Source: Nitrososphaerota archaeon (GTDB lineage Archaea > Thermoproteota > Nitrososphaeria_A > Caldarchaeales > Calditenuaceae). From it: a DNA stretch of 64,000 bases. Under the pieces are notes generated by a model. That model did no database searches and was not told the DNA's origin. It was given only the letters and a program-made list of their open reading frames with translations. This document shows, one piece after another, positions 40,055 through 49,133 of the stretch (position 1 is its first letter; every line of letters starts with the position of its first letter). Position numbers and translations under genes: made by a program. Location of the stretch: contig JBEPYO010000001.1 of NCBI GenBank assembly GCA_041641295.1, positions 288,001 to 352,000 on the forward strand, written 5' to 3'.

Positions 40055-40879
40055 ATGGCCAGCATCGTAGAGGTATTAGTCATATCCGTTTTCGCCGGAT
40101 TCATAGGCTCCATTACAGGGTTAGGGGGAGCCAGCATAACAACACCATTACTCACACTTCTGGGAATTCCTATTAAAAATGCGATAGCCGCGGGAATGGT
40201 TTCAATCATAGCCACCTCTAGCGGCTCTGCTTCAGGCTATGTCAGGCGCGGATTGTCCGACGTCAAGGCTGCCATGTTCTTGGAAATGTTCACAATTTTA
40301 GGGGCGATAGCTGGAGCCACTGTAACACTCTACGTGGCGCCTCGCTACCTCTACTTCCTTTTCGCAGGATTTTTGCTCACATCTTTCATAGGACTAAGAA
40401 CCATTAGGGAAGAGTTGCCAACCAATATCTCACAAGACAGGGTGGCCCGATGGCTAGACCTGTCAGGCTCATATTATGACGACCGTCTCGGCAGGGAAGT
40501 GAGTTATCGTCTGACTAGGCCGTTGCTGGGTGGTGCCGGCATGTTTTTTGCTGGCGTGGCGGCGGGCATGCTGGGTATCGGCGCTGGAGCCTTTAAGGTG
40601 GCGGTGCACGAACTGGTTCTCAAGATGCCTTCAAAAGTCTCCTCCGCGACAAGCAACTTCATAATCGGCATGACAGCTCTAGCGGGTGCAAGTGTATACT
40701 TCAACTCTGGGCTCCTCTACCTAGACCTCGCCGCACCAATGGCCGTGGGAACGACTATAGGAGCCCTAGCAGGCTCAAGAGTCTTAAGAAGACTCAGCAA
40801 CAAAACTACGAGGATTCTATTCCTAATCGTGGTCTTCTACATCATGGTCCAGATGGTTGTCAGAGGTGTCATGGGTTGA
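40055..40879 (+). CDS. TauE/SafE family sulfite exporter-like permease
   Basis: GSITGLGG, GMLGIGAG, SATSNF. Confidence 0.88.
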   Translation: MASIVEVLVISVFAGFIGSITGLGGASITTPLLTLLGIPIKNAIAAGMVSIIATSSGSASGYVRRGLSDVKAAMFLEMFTILGAIAGATVTLYVAPRYLYFLFAGFLLTSFIGLRTIREELPTNISQDRVARWLDLSGSYYDDRLGREVSYRLTRPLLGGAGMFFAGVAAGMLGIGAGAFKVAVHELVLKMPSKVSSATSNFIIGMTALAGASVYFNSGLLYLDLAAPMAVGTTIGALAGSRVLRRLSNKTTRILFLIVVFYIMVQMVVRGVMG

Positions 40880-41232
40880 GCCAGAGACTGGAATCACTCA
40901 TAGGTTTGGTGCTCGCAACGGGCGTTATTCTAAGCTTGGCCATCCTAGTCATCGCCTTAGGGTTTTACCTAGCTGACACTGGCCCTGAAATAATTCTAAG
41001 CGACAAATACCGAGTGATTTCGCCAAACTTCTTCGACTATGTGAAAAAGCTAGCGAGCATGAGTTTTGGAGCCAGTAGCCTAATGGCAATAGGCCTGATT
41101 CTACTTATGCTCACACCCTACGCCCGAATCATCGCCTCATTCACATACTTCGCAGCGAGACGCGACCTGAAATATACCCTGATAACAGCATTCGTGCTAG
41201 TCGTGTTGACAATAAGTCTGATAACGCATTGA
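40876..41232 (+). CDS. DUF1634-like membrane protein
   Basis: GLILLMLTP.AR...RDxxY; typical partner downstream of this TauE subtype. Confidence 0.8.
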   Translation: MSQRLESLIGLVLATGVILSLAILVIALGFYLADTGPEIILSDKYRVISPNFFDYVKKLASMSFGASSLMAIGLILLMLTPYARIIASFTYFAARRDLKYTLITAFVLVVLTISLITH

Positions 41233-41297
41233 CTAGTCCAATCATCTTTTTCTGAAACTTTTTATTTAGTTGTTTCCGAGAGTTCTGCTTAAGGGGT

Positions 41298-41717
41298 TTG
41301 CCTCAGAGCCTGCCCAGCCGCGGGACGTATGCTCTAGTCATTGGGCTGAGGAGATCAACTACTGTACGCGTTGGGGCTTTAGGGAGACTGTTCTTCAAGA
41401 AGGGTGTCTATGTATATGTGGGCTCCGCGAGGAGGGGGTTGAGGCCGCGGATCCGCCGTCACATCGCAAAGAGGAAAAGGGTAAGATGGCATATTGACTG
41501 GATTACGTCCCGCCGCGTCTTTGAGGTACGTGAGGTCTGGGTCTCGGAGGCTTTGGGTGCAGAGTGTGATCTTGCCGCCGCGCTCAGTAAACAGGCGGAC
41601 GGGTTTGTGCCGCATTTTGGGTCATCTGATTGCAGGTGTATGTCCCACCTCCTCTACTTCATCGACGGCAAAGCTGAAAAAGCTCTCCACGGGCTTAAGT
41701 TGCTCCGCTTAATCTGA
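41298..41717 (+). CDS. GIY-YIG (Uri/DUF123) nuclease family protein
   Basis: GTYALV, YVYVGSA, RIRRH, WHIDW, FGSSDCRC.SHL. Confidence 0.87.
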   Translation: MPQSLPSRGTYALVIGLRRSTTVRVGALGRLFFKKGVYVYVGSARRGLRPRIRRHIAKRKRVRWHIDWITSRRVFEVREVWVSEALGAECDLAAALSKQADGFVPHFGSSDCRCMSHLLYFIDGKAEKALHGLKLLRLI

Positions 41718-41868
41718 CCACCTGAGACGCACCCTCCAAGAATGACGCGTAGCCGCTCTTCCACCTATGGCGGGTACTATGTGTTTTCCCGTTTTCAGTA
41801 CTATGAGGGTCAAATAACTCGTCTATAGGAAAGAGCCGTGTGTTACCTTCTGAGTCTTTGGTAGAGAG

Positions 41869-41879
41869 CTTTAAATTAA
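41869..41879 (+). promoter_or_regulatory. TATA box of rps4 (CTTTAAATTAA)
   Basis: AT-rich box 33 nt before ATG; identical to box before rps27ae. Confidence 0.65.
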
Positions 41880-41901
41880 CGGATGGAGTGGTGATTGGAG
41901 G

Positions 41902-42390
41902 ATGGGAGACCCTAAACGGCCGAGGAAGAAGTATGAGACGCCTAGGAATCCCTGGAGGGAGGATAGGCTGCGTGAGGAGCTTGTGCTGGTCGGCGAGTAT
42001 GGGCTGAGGAATAAGAGGGAGCTCTGGAGGGCGGCGTCTATTCTTAGGAAGTATAGGAATATCGCTAGGTCCCTCTTCGTCTTGACTGGCGAGGAGAGGA
42101 AGGTGAAGGAGAAGGCGCTTATCGATAAGCTGTATTCGATGGGGCTTGTCCCCAAAGATGCAGATGCTAACTATGTCCTCCAGCTGTCTGTTAAGGACAT
42201 TCTCGAGAGAAGGCTCCAGACGGTTGTATACAGGTTGGGCCTAGCCAAGACACCCTACCACGCGAGACAGCTCATCGTCCACGGCAAAGTCGCGGTAGGC
42301 GACAGAGTGGTCTCATCACCCAGCTACCTAGTTATGAGGGGAGAGGAGGAGAAGATTAGGCTGCTAATTCCGGCAGAAGCACAGGCTTAG
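41902..42390 (+). CDS. rps4: 30S ribosomal protein S4 (uS4)
   Basis: [39 protein letters not shown]. Confidence 0.96.
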   Translation: MGDPKRPRKKYETPRNPWREDRLREELVLVGEYGLRNKRELWRAASILRKYRNIARSLFVLTGEERKVKEKALIDKLYSMGLVPKDADANYVLQLSVKDILERRLQTVVYRLGLAKTPYHARQLIVHGKVAVGDRVVSSPSYLVMRGEEEKIRLLIPAEAQA

Positions 42391-42809
42391 ACGCGCCTAC
42401 CCCTTCTCCCACCCTTCCGCCTCACACTATCGTGAGGCAGCGGGGTTACATCTTCTATCCTGCCGATCATTACTCCAGACCTCGCTATGGCACGGATGGC
42501 GGCCTGTGTCCCGGGACCGGGAGTCTTAGACTTCACACCCCCCGGTGCTCTGACCCTTATGTGGACGGCGTTTATGCCCCTCTGCTTGACCGCCTCCATA
42601 ACGTAGTTTGCCGCCCTCGTGGCTGCGTATGGCGAGGACTCGAGACGCCCCGACTCCACGAACATCCCACCAGAGGCTATCGCTATCGTCTCCGCGCCCG
42701 TAATGTCCGTGGCATGAACGATTATGTTGTTGTAGGATGAGTAGATGTGTATTATTCCCCAGACTTCCCTCCTTGCCTCGCTTCCCTGCTCCTCCTGAGT
42801 ATCTGACAT
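42387..42809 (-). CDS. rps11: 30S ribosomal protein S11 (uS11)
   Basis: [33 protein letters not shown]. Confidence 0.96.
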   Translation of the reverse strand: MSDTQEEQGSEARREVWGIIHIYSSYNNIIVHATDITGAETIAIASGGMFVESGRLESSPYAATRAANYVMEAVKQRGINAVHIRVRAPGGVKSKTPGPGTQAAIRAIARSGVMIGRIEDVTPLPHDSVRRKGGRRGRRV

Positions 42810-42868
42810 TCTGGTTGGACAATATCAGGGCGTCAGTATTTTAGTTTTGACCATCCGAGGACCTTGGT

Positions 42869-43726
42869 CTAGCCCACGAACTCACGAAGCTTCTGCAGAC
42901 TGATCCGCGCCGCCTCAAGCCCATCTTGGGGAAAAACAAGGGAGCTGGCAGGCTTCATGAACTCAGGAGGAGTCTCAATGTTGATAAATCCGTCATACCC
43001 TACCGACCTGAGGGCCTTGACGAACCCACTCCAATCAACTGAACCCTGACCGATCAGCCTGAAGCCTCCGGGTCCGCGGCTATTCATGTCGTAATCCTTC
43101 GCATGGACCATCACGACCTTGTCCCCCAGAACCTCGAGCCAGTGCTCGAAGGGGGCAAGTTCTAACACGTTTCCGACGTCGAAGTAGAGGCCCACAGCTT
43201 CTGAGCCAACATCCTCTATGAAGCGTCTAAAGATGGTGGGGTCGTATAGGAAGCGGTTCCAGACATTCTCGAGCCCTATCTTCACACCGTGGTCTTCGGC
43301 CCAGCGCGCCGCCTTGACGATTGAGGAGAGGGCATAGTTGTAGGTTTCTCTATAGCCTGTTCCGGGCTTAGCCACTGCGGGGACTACTAGTAGCGTCTCA
43401 GATTCTAGGTCGGCCGCCAGCTCTACCCCCATCTTGAGGAGGTTGAGAGCCATGTTCCGCTCTGTCTCGTCATGGGATGCTAGGCTGTATCTCCAGAAGA
43501 CTCCAGTCGCGATACTTGGGATCGAGATGTTATGGCTCGAGGCAATCTCAAGCAACTGTTTTCTATCCTTTTTCGATATCTTGTCCGGTGCATAGTTTGA
43601 ATCGTCGTAGACCAGTTCCACACCATCATAGCCTAGGGCTGATGCCGCCTCTATGACTCCGGAGAGGCCTCTAGGGAGGTTGAGCCGCCATCCACCTACT
43701 GTCCAAGCGTTGAGACCGATCCACAC
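42869..43726 (-). CDS. sugar phosphate isomerase/epimerase (xylose isomerase-like TIM barrel)
   Basis: GYDGVEL, LENVW, FDVGN, VHAKD, GYDGFINIE. Confidence 0.88.
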   Translation of the reverse strand: MWIGLNAWTVGGWRLNLPRGLSGVIEAASALGYDGVELVYDDSNYAPDKISKKDRKQLLEIASSHNISIPSIATGVFWRYSLASHDETERNMALNLLKMGVELAADLESETLLVVPAVAKPGTGYRETYNYALSSIVKAARWAEDHGVKIGLENVWNRFLYDPTIFRRFIEDVGSEAVGLYFDVGNVLELAPFEHWLEVLGDKVVMVHAKDYDMNSRGPGGFRLIGQGSVDWSGFVKALRSVGYDGFINIETPPEFMKPASSLVFPQDGLEAARISLQKLREFVG

Positions 43727-43741
43727 GTGGCTGAGAAAGTC

Positions 43742-44416
43742 TTAGGCTGTATTAATTCGTTCATATGGTGTAGGATCCTCTATGCCCAGTTCTCTGAAAA
43801 CTTTTCGTCTGGTTTGACAGCCTTCGCAGCGGCCGCAGTGGATTGTCCCAGTGCCCCAGCAGCTCCACGTATCCTCCAACGGAACCCCAAGGCTAAACGC
43901 CAGTTGAACCACCTCACGCTTAGAATATGGTAGGAGTGGGGCTTCAAGGGTTAGCCTGTACCCGGGCAGGCTCTCCCTCAAGAGTCCATTGAATCTCTCA
44001 ATGAAGCCGGCTCCCACATCAGGGAATCGTCCAACATCTTCTCCATTATGTCCCACAACTATTTTATTCGCGTTTATTGAGAAGGCGATGTGAGCCGCGC
44101 AAGAGTAGAAGACGAGGTTTCTGACTGGAATGAAGACCGGCGGGAAACCTACACTCCTGTAGTGTATTCCTCTCTCGGGGGGCTGGTCCTCGAGCTCTCT
44201 GAGGAATGGTAGGCTTATCTTGATGTGAGAGGATACTCCAGCCTTAGCGGATAGCCTCGCCGCACACTCGTCCTCACCCCTACTACGCCTGTAATAGTCT
44301 ATTGTTAGGGTGTAGACCTCGCTAGCAGGTGTCTCGCGCCGAATAAGCCAAAGGGCTACAGCCGAGTCAATTCCGCCTGAGAGTAGGACGAGTACTCTAT
44401 CAGACATCCCGCTCAC
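43742..44416 (-). CDS. queC: 7-cyano-7-deazaguanine synthase QueC
   Basis: LSGGIDS, IPVRN, TWSC...HCGRCEGC. Confidence 0.92.
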   Translation of the reverse strand: MSGMSDRVLVLLSGGIDSAVALWLIRRETPASEVYTLTIDYYRRSRGEDECAARLSAKAGVSSHIKISLPFLRELEDQPPERGIHYRSVGFPPVFIPVRNLVFYSCAAHIAFSINANKIVVGHNGEDVGRFPDVGAGFIERFNGLLRESLPGYRLTLEAPLLPYSKREVVQLAFSLGVPLEDTWSCWGTGTIHCGRCEGCQTRRKVFRELGIEDPTPYERINTA

Positions 44417-44903
44417 GATAAACTATGCTCTCGGCAAATTTTCCAGCACCCTCCGAGACAGTTACCCTCACGTATTGCACGTTCTCGGGCATACGCTTAA
44501 AGATTGACTCGGCCAGATACGCTGCTAGATTCTCGATTGTGGACTCGAAGGGCATTATGAAGACCTGTGAGAGGGGCGCGGAAAGCCTGTACTCTCCTCC
44601 CCTCCCGATGAATCCTATAGTAACTGAGCTGCCACTTCGCGACTCGACGTATTTCTCACAGACCAGTATCCTGTGGTCGAGCTCTGATACTACTTCTCTG
44701 ACGACTCTTTTAAGTATGCCAAAGTCAACCACTAGGCCAGGCCCCGCCTTCTCCCCAGCTACCTCCACCTCAAGGCTTGCCGTGTGTCCGTGAATAGTCG
44801 AACATTTCTCGATGTCTGGCAGAAAGTGGGCGTAGTCGAAGCAGAGGGAGGGGTCGCTGATTCTTATCTTAATTGGCGAGGCGCGTGATACCGATATGGG
44901 CAT
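44400..44903 (-). CDS. queD: 6-carboxytetrahydropterin synthase QueD
   Basis: AHFL...CSTIHGH, VVDFG, LDH, STIENLA; start uncertain. Confidence 0.88.
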   Translation of the reverse strand: MPISVSRASPIKIRISDPSLCFDYAHFLPDIEKCSTIHGHTASLEVEVAGEKAGPGLVVDFGILKRVVREVVSELDHRILVCEKYVESRSGSSVTIGFIGRGGEYRLSAPLSQVFIMPFESTIENLAAYLAESIFKRMPENVQYVRVTVSEGAGKFAESIVYRERDV

Positions 44904-45071
44904 ACTGCCGCCCCCTAGGTTGTCTTTGGGGTGCTTGGAATATCCCACGAAATCATACCCTATTTGGGCTCGATGTTGGTTTTTTTCTTCCATGAGACCA
45001 CCTGAAGCGTCTCTCCTCAACCTACTATAATATTTATCATTTAGCCCTAGTTTTGAGCTAAGGGCTTTTAG

Positions 45072-46259
45072 ATGGAGAGGGAGTTTAACACTAAGGCTAC
45101 GAGCGTTTTGCCAAGTACTGACGTTGCCGTGGTGGGTGGCGGGCCGGCAGGCCTGATAGCAGCTGCGGAGGCTGCGCGGAGAGGGCTTAAAGTCGTCCTT
45201 TTCGAGGAGGACAACATCATCGGCCGGCCAGAACGGTGTGCAGGCCTATACAGCATCCGGGGGCTGGAAAAAATCGGCGTAGCCCTCAGCCGAAGCTATG
45301 TTCAGAACCTCATCTGGGGCGGCGTCATTAACTCGCCAAGCGGGGAGGTCTTCGAGATCTCTTCACCCACTCCCGTAGCGGTTGTCGCTGAGCGCGAAGC
45401 TTTCGACAGGTATTTGGCTGAGAAAGCTCTTGCATCTAGGGCCGATATTCTTGTGGGGCGTCGCGTTGTCTCCTGCCACATTGATGAGGGCGGTAGAGCC
45501 TGCGAATTAGTATTTGATGACGGAAGCAAGCTATCCTCACGGGGCTTAATAATTGCCGAGGGCTCTTCAGCGAGCTTAGCACGTAGAATCTTCAAGGGCT
45601 ACGACGCACCATACTGGCTCCCCATCATTCAGCTCATAGTCAGGAATCACGGACTAGACAGGCGGAAAGCTCACGTCTGGTTCAAAAGCTATCTCAGAGA
45701 CTTTTTCGGCTACCTAGTACCCATAAACGAGGAGCTGGGGAAACTGGGTGTAGCGGCGAGGCGCGACCCTTTAGCAAAGGCATACAGGCTCATGAGGGAG
45801 GAGATGCCAAGCTCTAGGATAATCGGCTACTCTGCCCACAGCATATATCGCGGCCCTCCACTCGAGATAGGGCTCGACGGCAACGTAGTTTTGGTGGGAG
45901 ACGTGGCGGGTCAGGTTAAGGCAACTACCGGGGGAGGCATAATCACTGGGGGGATATGTGCCAAGGCAGCTGCCTCACACATATACAGCTACTTGGAAGA
46001 GGGGCGGAGAGGAGTCTACAGGCGTATGGTCAGGGGCCTCTACCGTGAACTCAGAGCTACCTATTCGATAGCTAGGGCAATAGACTCGATGAGCGACAAG
46101 ACCCTCGACGGCTTAATCAAGGCTGCAAGTGAGTCAGGGCTCTCAAAAACACTATCCATCCGGGGAGATATGGATTTCCAAGTTACAGGCCTAGCTAGGA
46201 GCCTAGCCTCGCCCGTTGGCCTAAGGTTTCTCTGCGGACTGCTTAGGACACTTCTCTAA
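45072..46259 (+). CDS. geranylgeranyl reductase family flavoprotein
   Basis: GGGPAG, PERCAG, R..FD, VGD.AGQVK.TTGGGI. Confidence 0.87.
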   Translation: MEREFNTKATSVLPSTDVAVVGGGPAGLIAAAEAARRGLKVVLFEEDNIIGRPERCAGLYSIRGLEKIGVALSRSYVQNLIWGGVINSPSGEVFEISSPTPVAVVAEREAFDRYLAEKALASRADILVGRRVVSCHIDEGGRACELVFDDGSKLSSRGLIIAEGSSASLARRIFKGYDAPYWLPIIQLIVRNHGLDRRKAHVWFKSYLRDFFGYLVPINEELGKLGVAARRDPLAKAYRLMREEMPSSRIIGYSAHSIYRGPPLEIGLDGNVVLVGDVAGQVKATTGGGIITGGICAKAAASHIYSYLEEGRRGVYRRMVRGLYRELRATYSIARAIDSMSDKTLDGLIKAASESGLSKTLSIRGDMDFQVTGLARSLASPVGLRFLCGLLRTLL

Positions 46260-47385
46260 GCTCCAACGGCAGATACTTTCTCGGACGCTCTCCCACATAG
46301 AGGTGTAGCGGCCGGATCAGCTTATTGTCTCGCCAATACTCTAATATGTGGGCAGCCCAGCCCGCAGTCCTGCTGACTGCAAAAAGTGCAGTGAAGCTAT
46401 CGGGTGGCAATCCAATCATCCTGTACAGGATTGGAGTCCAGAGATCGATGTTGGGATAGATTCCCCGGGGAGCTAAGAACTTCTGGCCATAATCCTCAAG
46501 AGCCTGCGTAACCTCGTACAGTTTCCTAACCTCGCCATCCATAGCACCTGCATGCCGGGCTATCAACTCCTTCACGACCGTCGCCCTCGGATCATAGATC
46601 TTGTACACTCTATGCCCAAACCCCATGATTTTCTTCCTCTGGGCAAGCGTCGACTCGACCCACTCGGGAACCTTTTCAGCGCTCCCGATGGTTAGGGCTT
46701 GGGCGTAGCTGGCCTCTGAGGCGCCACCGTGCAGCGGACCCTTCAGAGCTAGCATTCCAGCGGCTATTGAGGAGTAGAGGTCGCTAAGCGTGGAGGCTGT
46801 AACAAGGGTTGCAAAAGTGCTCGCAGGCACGCCATGCTCTGCATGAAGGATTAAGAGGTCGTCTAAGATCTCGGCATGCTCCCTTCTAAAATCTCCACCC
46901 TTCATCATGTATAGTATGTTCTCGGCGAAGCTCAGGTCTTTTCGAGGTGGTATGTAGTCTCCTCCTGAGCGAGTCCTTATGATGGTTGAGAAAAAGGAGC
47001 CCATCTTGGCTATGGCATTAATAGCAGCTTCTAGGTCTCCGGGATCACCGCCTTTTTTCCCGCTCCCCTCCAGCACCATTAACTCTGCAAGCATTGTAAG
47101 AGTATCTAGGCTGCCTGCATATCTTCGGATGGTCTCTATATGCCTCGGCTCGAGGTCTAGGGACGCTCTCAGACGGCTCGTAAATTCTTTGAGCTCCGAT
47201 TTAGTGGGTAGTCTCTGGTGGAGCAGGAGGAAGGCTACCTCCTCGAAGTTGCTCTTCTCCACAAGCTCCCTGACGTCATATCCTGCATAGTATAAAGCCC
47301 CGTTTTCCGTATCGATCAAGGATATAGCGCTGTCAATCACGTATACACCTTCTAAACCTTTAAACACATGTGCATGAACACTCAA
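46243..47385 (-). CDS. citrate synthase / 2-methylcitrate synthase
   Basis: KGLEGV, HAEH, GPLHGGA, MGFGHRVY, YPNID; downstream of prpD. Confidence 0.92.
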   Translation of the reverse strand: MSVHAHVFKGLEGVYVIDSAISLIDTENGALYYAGYDVRELVEKSNFEEVAFLLLHQRLPTKSELKEFTSRLRASLDLEPRHIETIRRYAGSLDTLTMLAELMVLEGSGKKGGDPGDLEAAINAIAKMGSFFSTIIRTRSGGDYIPPRKDLSFAENILYMMKGGDFRREHAEILDDLLILHAEHGVPASTFATLVTASTLSDLYSSIAAGMLALKGPLHGGASEASYAQALTIGSAEKVPEWVESTLAQRKKIMGFGHRVYKIYDPRATVVKELIARHAGAMDGEVRKLYEVTQALEDYGQKFLAPRGIYPNIDLWTPILYRMIGLPPDSFTALFAVSRTAGWAAHILEYWRDNKLIRPLHLYVGERPRKYLPLELREVS

Positions 47386-47422
47386 GTAACCTGCACCATA
47401 ACTAGGGCAACTGACTATATAT

Positions 47423-48790
47423 CTATTTAACTGTCGAGAGAAAGCCCATTAAATCTCTGACGGATTTGAGGCGGTCAAGAGACATGACCTCATCCCAGAT
47501 AATGTCTAGCTGCTCGTCCGTCAGCCTCCCACTTGTAAGCCGGCTAACCTTTCTGCGCAGGTCATCCATTGTTAACGGGTTCCGGTAATGCCCCTTCGGA
47601 TAGATTACTTCAGCAGAGTAGCGCCTCCCATCGCTGAGCGAAACCTCTACTGCGTTAGGCACGGCCTCAGGGTACAAGGCATCATACCTCGGCTCCACCT
47701 CCACGATTGTTTTCTCTGCAAGCTCTAGAAACGCTATGTCGCTGATCTTCTCCGAGCTGAAGCTCTCAAGCCATATGTCGCCGTCGAGGAGCGCCCTTAT
47801 TGTTATGTAGGGTAGACTGTGGTCGGCGGTCTCCCTGGACTTTGGCCTCCATTTTTCAGGGTCTTTTACTATTATGCTGTATGAAGTCTTGAAGGTTCTG
47901 ATCACTATTTTTTCTACAAGTGATGGCTTGGCCCTTCCCGCCTCAGATACAATTTGGAGGGCTGCTTCAACTGCAGACATAGAGTGGTATTCTACCGGCC
48001 ACCACTTTATAGAAGTTCTCAGAATTCTGACGGCGTTAGAGGTTAGTTTAGGCATGGTGAAAGGCCCGGAGACAGCTTTCATATAGCCTAGCTCACCCTC
48101 GAAGACCGGTTTTGGACCTGTCATGCCCTCTGCAGCTAGGAGGGCCGAGTATAGGCCGTGTCGCGCCGCATACGCAGCTGCGCATCCCTTCCACATGCTT
48201 AGCTCCCCGGACCTTGTCTGCCTCAGGGCCGCCGCGTTTACTGTGGCGATGTTGATTGCCTCGTGAGCCCTATCAGCATCAAGTTCTAGGAGTGAGGCAG
48301 CGCCAGCCGCAGCGCCTACTGCAATGTTTGAGACATGGTCGAACCCCCTATCCCTAATCGTTACGGCGTCGGCGAGGGCGCAGGCAACCTCATAAGCGAC
48401 TAGAATTCCCCTCAGGAGGTCTTCACCCGAGGCCTCAAAACACTCACCAGCGGCTAGGAGTGCGGGAATCATGTCGCTCGGATGTATCGCCTCCCTAGAG
48501 AGGTACGTATCGTTAAAGTCAAGGTACCGCGCCATTATGCCGTTCACAAATCCAGCGTCCTCAGGAGCCACCCTAACCTTTCCCCCAAGAATTGTCGCCC
48601 CTCCAGCAACAGGCCACCTCTCAACAACACGGCGTGCCGCTGCCACTGGCGGCGCATCAATCGCAGCTACCATCACACCTATAGTGTCAAGCAACCTTGC
48701 TTTGGCAGCCTGAATCGACTCCGGCGCAAAGTCCGCCAAACTTGCCCCCGAGGCATACTCAGCAATCTGCTCGGCTATGGTTTCATTCAA
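47423..48790 (-). CDS. prpD: MmgE/PrpD family 2-methylcitrate dehydratase
   Basis: RYLDFNDT, HPSD, GELSMWKG, ETADHSLPY, PKGHYRNP. Confidence 0.92.
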   Translation of the reverse strand: MNETIAEQIAEYASGASLADFAPESIQAAKARLLDTIGVMVAAIDAPPVAAARRVVERWPVAGGATILGGKVRVAPEDAGFVNGIMARYLDFNDTYLSREAIHPSDMIPALLAAGECFEASGEDLLRGILVAYEVACALADAVTIRDRGFDHVSNIAVGAAAGAASLLELDADRAHEAINIATVNAAALRQTRSGELSMWKGCAAAYAARHGLYSALLAAEGMTGPKPVFEGELGYMKAVSGPFTMPKLTSNAVRILRTSIKWWPVEYHSMSAVEAALQIVSEAGRAKPSLVEKIVIRTFKTSYSIIVKDPEKWRPKSRETADHSLPYITIRALLDGDIWLESFSSEKISDIAFLELAEKTIVEVEPRYDALYPEAVPNAVEVSLSDGRRYSAEVIYPKGHYRNPLTMDDLRRKVSRLTSGRLTDEQLDIIWDEVMSLDRLKSVRDLMGFLSTVK

Positions 48791-48867
48791 GCCCCTGCAC
48801 AGGGTAGAATTCTGATTCTTTCACTTAAAGCGTTTTCCTGTCAGAGGGTATCGATATGTGAGTCACA

Positions 48868-48895
48868 GGGATAAGCTTATCTATGGGCTTATCCC
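48868..48895. promoter_or_regulatory. inverted repeat GGGATAAGC-N10-GCTTATCCC, candidate transcription-factor site
   Basis: Perfect 9-bp arms; left arm overlaps a 12-bp palindrome GATAAGCTTATC; lies in divergent intergenic region. Confidence 0.5.
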
Positions 48896-48923
48896 GATAC
48901 GTGTCACAAGCGGTGGGTACCTC

Positions 48924-49028
48924 ATGTGCCACTGTGGTACACCGAGTAGTGCACACCACAAGGAGAAGGCCAAGAAGAGGCTAGTTGAGCGAGAGGCTTT
49001 AGAGGCGGCAACATCCACAACCGCATAA
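48924..49028 (+). CDS. small Cys/His-rich peptide (34 aa), not in ORF track
   Basis: MCHCGTPSSAHHKEKAKKRLVEREALEAATSTTA; SD-like GGTGGG 6 nt upstream; T-tract downstream. Confidence 0.5.
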   Translation: MCHCGTPSSAHHKEKAKKRLVEREALEAATSTTA

Positions 49029-49040
49029 CACACCCCATCC

Positions 49041-49059
49041 TTTTTTCCAATTTGTTTTG
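49041..49059 (+). terminator. oligo-T archaeal terminator candidate
   Basis: TTTTTTCCAATTTGTTTTG just after the small ORF. Confidence 0.45.
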
Positions 49060-49133
49060 AGTACAGCCGATAGTAGAAGTATTTATGGTTGGGTAGGGAG
49101 GTGAATTATTTACGTGGTAAGGGGGAATCTGGG

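Noticed and set aside
41770-41856. Possible C/D box sRNA (ATGAGGG...CTGA) and a GTACTATG direct repeat
   Set aside because: C, C' and D' boxes are degenerate and no rRNA target was recognised; two 8-mers could be chance.
44904-45070. preQ1 riboswitch upstream of queD
   Set aside because: No recognisable preQ1 consensus; the region is a divergent promoter.
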